NCBI GenBank assembly: GCA_002269645.1
Contig: NIVC01001344.1
Location: 1 to 64,000 of the forward strand
Reading direction: 5' to 3'
Origin: Macrostomum lignano
Taxonomy: Eukaryota
Length of the DNA stretch: 64,000 nucleotides
Position numbers and translations under genes: made by a program. Of the stretch, positions 54,855 through 64,000 are shown piece after piece. The notes under the pieces were generated by a model that saw only the letters and a list, made by a program, of their open reading frames with translations, searched no databases and had not been told where the DNA came from. Position 1 is the stretch's first letter. Each line of letters begins with the position of its first letter.

Positions 54855-55285
54855 AACCCACACCTGATTAACCACACCTGATTAACCCACACCTGATTAA
54901 CCACACCTGATTAACCCATACCTGATTAGCCCACACCTGATTAATCCACATCTAATTAACCCACACCTGATTAACCCACACCTGATTAACCCACACCTGA
55001 TTAACCCACACCTGATTAACCCACACCTGATTAACCCACACCTGATTAACCTACACCTGATTAACCCACACCTGATTAACCCACACCTGATTAACCTACA
55101 CCTGATTAACCCACACCTGATTAACCCACACCTGTTTAACCCACACCTGATTAATCCACATCTGATTAATCCACACCTGATTAACCCATACCTGATTAAC
55201 CACACCTGATTAACCACACCTGATTAACCACACCTGATTAACCCACACCTGATTAACCCACACCTGATTAACTCACACCTGACAA
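54855..55285. repeat. 15-bp minisatellite (ACCCACACCTGATTA)
   Basis: Visible tandem array. Confidence 0.95.
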
Positions 55286-55646
55286 ACCCTGATGTGACGG
55301 GTACAGTTCCGTGGTTCAAATTTACCAGGGGGTTGTCGAGCGATTCACAGCCATGAGGGCCAACCCCCAAGGCACAGAGAGTGTACATGCCTGACGATTG
55401 AAAAGTCAGCTGTTGGCAGCTGTACACCCTGTGTGAGCGTGTGCATGAGTGCTGTGACTGCGTACAGTATTGGCGCGCTTGCATGTTGCTCATGAGTCAG
55501 CGGAATGGGCAGAGCTGCCGTCAGTGCTGGTTGTGGGACGAAGTCCTGTGAATTTGATCATTATTAATGAGGCTAGCCGCACCTCACTGACCTCCCAGAA
55601 AGCCAGAAGAACCAGAGCAGCGCAGCTCTAGCGCCACAGTCTACAG

Positions 55647-58600
55647 TCACACAGTTTTACAGCAGGTACTTTTCTCTGGCGGAGGCACCGGCTTGTGCAA
55701 CTGGATGCTGGCAGTGCGGTCCGCTGTCAGGTGCTGCCTCAGCCGCTGCTGCTCCTGCGGCTGTTGTTGCTTTTGTTGTTTCTGCTGCTGCTTTGTCTTT
55801 TGCTTTGGCTGCTTTTTCTTCTTGGCAAGGGCAGCGGATGCCAGCACGGCGCCGCCGACTCCCGCACTGGCTCCGTCGGATGTTTGCAGCAGGGGTGCAG
55901 AAAGCAACGGCTGAATATTGGGGAGAAACAAATAGTGCTGATTTCGGACCTGTGCTCAAGCTGTTACGAGCTGCCCAGCAAAAAATTTTAGCAACGTCAT
56001 CATTACAGGTTCAGCTGCTTAAGAGCTCTCTCTCGACTGGTTAGTGCTCATGCTGACACGCAGGTGCTAGGGGGGCCACAGCCTAACCCCCATCGGCTGG
56101 AAAATGTATATGGCGCCCCCTTACAGTAACGCTCAGGTGCCCCTGGTGTTGGCACCCCTGGTGCTAAAGCGCCTGGTGCTAAAGCCCCTGGTGCTAAAGC
56201 CCCTGGTGTTAAAGCCTCTGGTGCTAAAGCCCCTGGTGCTGGCGCCCCTGGTGCTGGCGCCCCTGGTGCTGGCGCCCCTGGTGCTAAAGCGCCTGGTGCT
56301 AAAGCCTCTGGTGCTAAAGCCTCTGGTGCTAAAGCCCCTGATGCTAAAGCCCCTGGTGCTAAAGCCTCTGGTGCTAATGCCTCTGGTGCTGGCGCCCCTG
56401 GTGCTAAAGCCCTTGGTGCTGGCGCCCCTGGTGCTAAAGCCCCTGGTGCTAAAGCCCCTGGTGCTAAAGCCCCTGGTGCTAAAGCCCCTGGTGCTGGCGC
56501 CTTACTTCTGTGCCGTGTAACAGCGTGGGTCAATCTGCATGTATGAGGAAGGGGTTGGCTGCAGCTGAGTGCCTACAATATACTAGCCAATAATATCTGT
56601 AGGCCTCACCTTCCAGGTAGAGAACATGGCAGCGGCGATAGCAGCAAACAGCTCATGAACATTCTCCCCAGTTTTTGAGCTGGTCTCAAAGAAATCGTAG
56701 GCGCTGCAGCTTAGATGGGCCTGATCACGATTTTAGATGGAGGGGGCTATTATTTTGAAAACAGGTCAAAACAAATTAAATAAATAATTGTCTAGGGGGC
56801 TACAGTAATTAGTGCAATTATTTTGTTCATATGTACGTCTTACACACAAACACATTTTAGAGATTAGACGTTCGAATGGAATATATACATTTATGTACAT
56901 TCTCAAGGTAATGTTAGAAAATTACCTTATTCGTTAAGCTAATGCTGGGAAGCTTATAGTTTATAAGGCAGAAAATAGCCAATGGATGAGTGAGCCATAG
57001 TGCATGCATTGAGTCTACATTGTAAACTGAGAATGTCCCAGTGAGCACTAACTGAAGCAAAAATTACAGGCAAACAGTAATATGAACATTGATCAAACAC
57101 GGGAAGCGGTGCCACTGTTAACAGCTGCAGTTTTCACAGCATGCATAGGCCCTCTGAGCACTTTCCATCAGAGTATTTTGTTCACTTCCGAAGGAAGCTT
57201 CACCCTTCACCCAATCACCCATTCACCTTCACCCATGGTTACCCAATGCGACAGCAGCTTCACCCATGGTTACCCAATGTGACAGATGCTTCACCCATGG
57301 TTACCCAATGTGATAGAAGCTTCACCCATGGTTACCCAATGTGACAGAAGCCTCACCCATGGTTACCCAATGTGACAGAAGCTTCACCCATGGTTACCCA
57401 ATGTGACAGAAGCTTCACCCATGGTTACCCAATGTGACAGAAGCCTCACCCATGGTTACCCAATGTGACAGAAGCTTCACCCATGGTTACCCAATGTGAC
57501 AGAAGCTTCACCCATGGTTACCCAATGTAACAGATGCTTCACCCATGGTTACCCAATGCGACAGATGCTTCACCCATGGTTACCCAATGCGACAGAAGCT
57601 CCACCCATGGTTACTCAATGCGACCGAAGCTTCACCCATGGTTACCCAATGCGACAGCAGCTTCACCCATGGTTACCCAATGCGACAGAAGCTTCACCCA
57701 TGGTTACCCAATGCGACAGCAGCCTCACCCATGGTTACCCAATGTGACAGAAGCCTCACCCATGGTTACCCAATGTGACAGAAGCCTCACCCATGGTTAC
57801 CCAATGCGACAGCAGCCTCACCCATGGTTACCCAATGTGACAGATGCTTCAACAATTTTTATGAACCGTGACAGACGCTTCACCCATTGTTTCAGCAGGC
57901 GTCACACACTACAAGAGTACATCGAAGCACCTGACAGCGGTACAGCTTACAATTATCTCACCTGGATGCCTTCGGCATGGGTCACCTGACGCCGACTCGC
58001 CAGATCAAGTTTATTGCCCGCCAGGAACACCGGAATCAGGTGGTCCTCGCCAGCATGCTGCGGGGTCCGTTTTAGACGGCTTCAAATCATCATCAAATAG
58101 GCGCACAAATACTACTTTTTTGCGCATATAAGTAGTATGAGAATATTAGCATTTATCTAGACTTTAATCTACATGTAGCATCCTACCTCGCTGATGCTGC
58201 GCAACCAGTAGCTTTTGGTTCGCTCAAACGACTGCCGATCGGTGATGTCGTAGATGAGCAGGATGCCCTGGTCCGTGCAGGTGATATTGTTGTGTTGCGA
58301 TTTTATTCAACAATGCCTTGCGGCTGTTCAGTCCAAGGACTGGGGGGTCGCCACACAGCCTCAATTACCCCAGCTAATGCTGGCACCCATTTTACAGCTC
58401 AGGGGTGAACTGAAGCAATGCAGAGTTACGTGTCAAGTGCTCAAGGAGATAAATTGTTCCAAGTGGGTCAAGATTCGAACACCCGACTTTTCAGTCGTGA
58501 GTCCGACGCTCTAACCACTAGGCTAGAACCCCATGCATGGGGTTAACAAAAACTATTTCTAATTCATGAGGATCTGCAACATCAAGCAACCGTAACTCAC

Positions 58601-59574
58601 CCGGGCATTTCTGTATTGAAAAGCTGTTATGCTGCGAAATTTCTCTTGTCCTGCAGTGTCCCTAAAACGTTTAATCAAACAAAAATTTCTGAATTCAACA
58701 AACTTGCAGCATCCATAGAGCAAATTACAGGTAAATTACTCACCAAATTTCAAGCTCAATGCCTCGATTATGAATTACGAATTTCTTTCGCCTGAAGTCG
58801 ATACCTTTGGAATGCAATTTCGCAAGCAAAATGTACTCTTAAAATGTTGCATCCGGATTTAATTTCTCATTCAATAACATGAGATTACTACACATGTTAC
58901 AGATTTTTTAGCACTCAATTCCCAAAATCTCACCTTCCGGACTCCCAAATTCCAAATGAAGCAAGCGTGTATTTTTGTCCTAGGTGCCCTCACATGTTTA
59001 TCAAGTAACGTGAACGGAGACCAGCAAGCAATTTAAGTTCCGGGTAAAATATCAGCTGTTTATATCTCAGTAGTGTATCTCTTTCTAGACATTATTGTTA
59101 TATTTTCAATTAGGAAGTCAAGAAGATGGGATGTACCGAAGTAGTGTTAATAATGCATTTTGCGCGAGTGTAGCGTTCATATGGTTGACGTCTGAGAACA
59201 CGCACGCACAAGCACACGCCGACTTTATACCATGCATCGTCTAGCATGAACACATCGGGCGTGAATCGCCTTAGAAAGTCAGGGCTGTTGTACACCCGGT
59301 GTGAGTGGGTGCCTGAGTACAGTATATTGGCGCGCTTGCATGTGCTCAGCAGGATGTCACGATGTCACCAGGGTGTCTGCAGTTATTTCTACTATTGCTT
59401 CTCAAACACTGCACGGTTTATCAAATGAAATCTGATTATCAAGAGCTCACCAATGGTGCTGACAGTCTGTGGGGCGAAACCTTCGCCAACCAGTTGCTTC
59501 AGCAGGCAAGTCTTACCAACGGAACTCTCGCCTAGCAGCACTATCTTGAAGCGGTCCCAGCTCGCAGAAGTCAT
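55647..59574 (-). CDS. Rab-family GTPase, ~265 aa; exons 59574-59451, 58804-58744, 58661-58601, 58267-58187, 58057-57962, 56720-56610, 55910-55647
   Basis: Spliced motifs GESSVGKT, STIGIDF, IWDTAGQEKFRSIT, GILLIYDIT, GNKLDL, FFETSSK and C-terminal CCKTV. Phases are all consistent (798 nt). Subfamily not assigned. Confidence 0.92.
56125..56500. repeat. 15-bp minisatellite (AAAGCCCCTGGTGCT), Rab intron 6
   Basis: Visible. It explains the PGALA and LVLKP ORFs. Confidence 0.95.
57205..57885. repeat. 31-bp minisatellite (CTTCACCCATGGTTACCCAATGTGACAGAAG), Rab intron 5
   Basis: Visible tandem array. Confidence 0.97.
58321..58525 (-). mobile_element. SINE copy lacking the 3' hairpins (Rab intron 3)
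   Basis: The reverse complement starts TAGCCTAGTGGTTAGAGCGTCGGACTCACGACTGAAAAG, has the CORE-like middle and ends at CAGCCG. Confidence 0.8.
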
Positions 59575-60224
59575 TCTAAGCGCGTGTTAAAACTTTCTCT
59601 GCTACTGGAGGGCCGGACAAGCTAAAACACGCTTATATAAACACACTCACCATGCTGAACCCAGTAGACTGAGCTGCCAGTCTTGCTGAGACAGGAAGAA
59701 AAAGCCAGCAGCAAGCTGTACAACCGAATTCTCAGGCCAAGCACACTTGAAGATTCTCATAGGCGTATTGCACGAGAGCGCCTTCATTACAATAACATGG
59801 GTCTGTAGTAGATTGAACAGATTGAAATATATAAGCATGTTAATTGCTTCCGAAGGCGTGAACCTAAGGCATGGCTCATTCACTCGCCGCTTTTGTGGGC
59901 TGAGTCATAGTTGACCTCCGTCAAAATGATTAAAAAAGGGAAAAGGGGTTGCTGAAAGTTTTTTTAATGGACAAACAGATTTTATCGTTTTTAACTAGAA
60001 ATTACTGTCAAGTTATAGATATTATGGAAACATAAATGCATATATTTATAATAATTAAAAAAGACATGATAGAGTACTTTTGAGAAGCTTTGAAAAACTT
60101 TCGAAAACCACTGGATACAATAGAATAACAACTATTCAGTGACTATTTTTATGGTAATTTGGATATACTAGAGTTCATTGAGGGGAGGTCCTCGGTGAAA
60201 AATAGAACAGTAAATGTGAGATAT

Positions 60225-60600
60225 GGGTGAACCTCAGTGAGGTTTAAGAGTAAATCTCAGTGAGACTTAAGAGTAAATCTCAGTGAGATTTAAGGGTGAA
60301 CTTCAGTGAGATTTTTAGGTGAACGTCAGGGAGATTTTAGGATGAATCTCAAGTAGATTAAGGACGAATCTCAGTGAGATTTAAGGGTAAATTTCAGTGA
60401 GATTTTTAAGTGAACCTCGGGAGATTTAAGGGTGAATCTCAGGTAGATTAAGGATGAATCTCAGTGAGATTTAGGATCAAATCTCAGAATGATGTGAGGG
60501 TGAATCTCAGGTAGATTAAGGGTGAAACTCAGTGAAATTGAAGGGTGAATCTCGGTGAGATTTTACGGTGAATCCCAGAAAGACCTAAGGGCGAATCTCA
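60225..60600. repeat. Degenerate ~23-bp repeat (GAATCTCAGTGAGATTTAAGGGT)
   Basis: Visible, diverged array. Confidence 0.8.
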
Positions 60601-60776
60601 GAGAGAATAAAGAGCGATCAATGTTACTTTAATAGGCATTTGAGATGGTTGGCTGTATAAAATGTATTTTATTTCTGTTCCGCTTGGCGCTAGTGTAAAA
60701 TATCCCTAACACAAATAACTTTATTAGCAATAGTATACAATATTATTGCACCTACACGTAAAGTTCTATAATTCAG

Positions 60777-61004
60777 TTAGCCACTATTCAGCTCCAACAG
60801 CATATCCATGTAGGCACCAGCCAACAGGTCAGCCTCCGCCACGCCCAGCTGCTTCATCAGTTGCTGAGCGATCATCTGGCCAGCTTCCACGCTGTCGCTG
60901 TCGGTCAGCATCACTTCCAGTTCCATAAAATCACCCAGGTTGTGCACGCGATCAACGTGAATGCGCGTTTGACCGGACATGAGCAGATGGCGCACTTTCT
61001 TTAC
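60777..61004 (-). CDS. Last exon of a CYTH-domain (CyaB/adenylate cyclase-like) protein; upstream exons not found in the window
   Basis: After acceptor TCCAG: VKKVRHLLMSGQTRIHVDRVHNLGDFMELEVML..LMKQLGV..DLLAGAYMDML, the typical CYTH C-terminal half. Confidence 0.8.
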   Translation of the reverse strand, partial: VKKVRHLLMSGQTRIHVDRVHNLGDFMELEVMLTDSDSVEAGQMIAQQLMKQLGVAEADLLAGAYMDMLLELNSG

Positions 61005-61667
61005 CTGGATTGAGGTGGATAAGAGTAATAGTTAAGTAGCGCTTTAATTGTTGTGCATAAACAGACCAATCAAAGCTTGCGGCTTGTTTAGGAAATTCGG
61101 CCTTGGGCCAAGCCACATATGGGCCACTCAGCACATTTGCGTGTAAGCTACTTTTAGTTCAGTAGTGAGTTAAACAGAAGCATTTTATTGTATTTTTAAA
61201 TTTAAAGTCAAGGCTCATTCATTGGCTCTTACCCCCTAGCTTAAACCCTGCAACTGAGCCTTTCCACACCCCCCTCCCTGCCACCCAATTTTTATTGCCT
61301 TTCTGGGAATTCCAGCCTAAAGGTGCCATGTACATTTCAGTGGACTGGCTAATGTACATTATCACTGATCCAATAAGCAAGTTGTTTCGCCTGCAAGCTG
61401 CTTGGCTTCTAAACTTATCAAAGTAATTTCTGCTGCCTTTATTCTTATAAAATAGCTTATATTCCTCTTTGCTACTGAACTGACAGTAGAAAGCTGTTTT
61501 ACTAAGTATATTTGACTGAGTGGCCCATGTAATTATTTTAGTATCTGTGGGCCAACCACAAGTGTGGGTGTTTCAAAATTAACAAGAATTTTGGCAAAAG
61601 TTAAGAATGAGTAAATTTATTGTACCATGACCTTTGTGCCCGCTGGGCACTTATTCTTGCCTTTTAA

Positions 61668-63932
61668 TGCCATAGACTACATTTAAGCCCGCTTGCAGGA
61701 GTCACACCTACTTTAATGCAAATTAGCGGGCAGTTAAGAATCAGATTAAACATGCCTTTTGAGGGAGTTATTTATATAAATCACGAGGGCCGAAGGCAAA
61801 AATTAGCGGGCAGTTAAGAATCAGATTAAACATGCCTTTTGAGGGATTTATGAAAATAACTCCCGAAGAAGGCATGTTTTATCTCATATAAACCATAGAT
61901 AAACTCCGGGATAATGTTAGATAATATCCCGGAGTTATAATATAATCCTGCAAATACAAAAAAGAAGTGTCTATGGCCAAAATGCCTACTAACTGAGAGG
62001 TGGGGTCGAGGGGGCGATGAGCCCCCCGCGGGGGTGTGGGGGCAGAGCCCCCACGTAAACAAACACTTATAATTAATTGTCTATGGTCTAAAGTGATGTA
62101 TGTTCTTAAGAGCTACACGTCGGGAGATCAGGTCTGACTTTCATTTAAGTTTCGACAGTTCATTCATTTATTACAGAGTCTATCGAAAAGCTTTTCGATG
62201 CGTCGAATTCTTAATCCACTCGTCGACTATTCAAAAGATTTTATTGGCAACTTCGATCCAAACGTCCTACCGCTCGATTTCGTAAAGTCACGCGCTGGTG
62301 GAGATTTTCAAGATCATCAGTGGCTGGCGGCTGAGATGAAAAGATATGAAGAAGAAGTGGAGTTGGAAGATTTATACGAGATAGAGACGTTTGAGACACC
62401 ACTGTTGGATGGTGGCGGTCGTTTTGCTATAGTCGACAGTGTTGCCGCGCTGAACGAGTCTGTCCGTCCAAAGGGCACAATCAATCGGAACAACTGGGCC
62501 CTGCGAATTTTCCAGGCATGGGTGAGCTCTCGTGTCAGTGAGATCGGCATGAAGCCCATCACCGAGTTCAGCTGTGAGGAAATCAATACGATTCTCGGTC
62601 GCTTCATCCACGAGGTGCGAAAGGTCAACGGCGAGCGTTATCCTAGAGGGTCATTAGTATCGATAGCCGCTGGACTTAATTCGGCCATTCGAGAGGTCCA
62701 GCCGACAGTAGATCTGTTCAAGTCAATGGAACTACGGCCATTCAGGGACTTGTTGGACGCTGCCATGAAACTGTCAACCGCCGCTGGTACTTCACTCAAC
62801 AGTAAGCCAGCTGGGATTTTAAGTGTTTCTGACGAAGAAAAAATATGGCAGTCTGGAGTCCTCGGCTTGGATAATCCTGATCAGCTGACCAAGACGCTCT
62901 TTTTTCTCAATGGACTCCACTTTGCTCTACGTGGAGGTGAGGAGCATTCGAATCTGATGCTTTCCCAGATAACAATTGAAATACGCGACAACGAAGAGTG
63001 TCTTATTTACCGAGAAGCCTCATCAAAGACCTACCATGGCGGCTTGAATGACAAACGTCGCAAACAAGTGGAGCGGTTGTACGTCCCTTCTCACGCTAGA
63101 TCCGTCTGTCATCTACAAGCGTTCAAGACTTATCTAAAGGTGCGTCCCCCAGATGCTACACGATTCTACCTCCAATCGGCCAAAAAGTGGGATAGCGGTG
63201 CGGCGTGGTATTGTAACAGACCGATTGGCAAAAACTACATGTGCAAAATGATGGCTACGATCACCGAGGATGCTGGCGTGCCCAAGCTGACAAACCACAG
63301 CCTGAGGGCAACATGTGCGACGCGTCTCTTTCAAGCTGGTGTGGACGAGCAGCTTATAATGGAGCGTACGGGCCATCGCAGTGTCGACGGCGTACTTGCG
63401 TACAAGCGAACACCTACGAACCTAATCAAGTCGTCTAGTCTGGTGGTCGATGGCAGGCCGATTCAAGAAGCCACGACCTCATCTGGTGCATCTGGAAGTG
63501 GTGGCCACAGCTTCGTATTCAACAACTGTTCCGTTGTTCAAAACATTTGTACGATGGGTACCTGTAGTCGACCTGATGGATTGCTATAAATCGTTAGCTG
63601 TACGTAACAAACTGAAATAATATGCGAACATACTGGTGAAAACTGTTTTGACCATTGCAATGATCTGTTAAATTCAATTTTTTATCATATTGCATGTTTA
63701 GTGTCTATGGTCAGAATCAACTGACTGAAGAAATATACCGACAAATAAAATTTCGGAAAAACTAAGATTATCAAGTCGAAAGATTAGAAAGTTGCGTTAT
63801 CTATGGTTTATTGACATTTAACGCCCGATTGTCTATTTCAAACTTACTCTAATGCAAATTAGCGGGCAGTTAATATCATTAACTGCCCGCTAATTTTGTC
63901 CCACTTTGTCAAGGACACAAATGTCTATGGCA
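61668..63932 (+). mobile_element. Crypton-like tyrosine recombinase DNA transposon with inverted terminal motifs
   Basis: Contains the YR ORF. TGCCATAGAC (61668) and GTCTATGGCA (63923) are inverted, as is subterminal AAATTAGCGGGCAGTTAA (61720 and ~63880). The boundaries are inferred from these motifs. Confidence 0.65.
62198..63589 (+). CDS. Crypton-type tyrosine recombinase (DUF3504/ZMYM-QRICH1-KCTD1-related), 463 aa, intronless
   Basis: RFIHEVRKVNGERYP..SL, FALRGGEEH, SKTYHGG, PIGKN, TNHSLRATCATRLFQAG..IMERTGHRS..LAYKR. The catalytic R-K-H-R-H-Y set appears intact. Confidence 0.9.
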   Translation: MRRILNPLVDYSKDFIGNFDPNVLPLDFVKSRAGGDFQDHQWLAAEMKRYEEEVELEDLYEIETFETPLLDGGGRFAIVDSVAALNESVRPKGTINRNNWALRIFQAWVSSRVSEIGMKPITEFSCEEINTILGRFIHEVRKVNGERYPRGSLVSIAAGLNSAIREVQPTVDLFKSMELRPFRDLLDAAMKLSTAAGTSLNSKPAGILSVSDEEKIWQSGVLGLDNPDQLTKTLFFLNGLHFALRGGEEHSNLMLSQITIEIRDNEECLIYREASSKTYHGGLNDKRRKQVERLYVPSHARSVCHLQAFKTYLKVRPPDATRFYLQSAKKWDSGAAWYCNRPIGKNYMCKMMATITEDAGVPKLTNHSLRATCATRLFQAGVDEQLIMERTGHRSVDGVLAYKRTPTNLIKSSSLVVDGRPIQEATTSSGASGSGGHSFVFNNCSVVQNICTMGTCSRPDGLL

Positions 63933-64000
63933 CAATAATAGTAATACCCATGCTTTGCGGGCGTTAATGAGAAATCAGAGGGCGCCGTTAGACTGCTACA

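Noticed and set aside
59650-59802. Additional coding exon upstream of the Rab ATG
   Set aside because: It has plausible splice sites, but an in-frame TAA lies just before the ATG at 59574, so it is at most a 5' UTR exon.

Overview
Eukaryotic, intron-containing metazoan DNA with GC-rich exons, AT-rich spacers and a different minisatellite in almost every intron. The style suggests a free-living flatworm such as Macrostomum, which is my inference and was not tested. I could splice nine host genes by eye. On the + strand: INTS10, a kazrin-like 3xSAM gene, an ICT1/MRPL58-like gene lacking GGQ, WDR5, AMMECR1 and nanos. On the - strand: a SAXO-like microtubule protein, a Rab GTPase and the last exon of a CYTH-domain gene. 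Mobile DNA comprises a ~5.15-kb, 5'-truncated APE-RT-RNaseH non-LTR retrotransposon (Loa/R1-like) flanked by an identical 438-bp direct repeat; a Crypton-like tyrosine-recombinase element with inverted CCATAGAC termini; five copies of a tRNA-derived CORE-type SINE; and a cluster of MITEs in the first 5 kb. One of those MITEs (14-bp TIR, perfect 8-bp TSD) carries a 64-nt piece of the 28S rRNA R2/I-PpoI target region. Most long low-complexity ORFs in the supplied track are translations of tandem repeats. All alignments are by eye against sequences recalled from memory; no searches were run.
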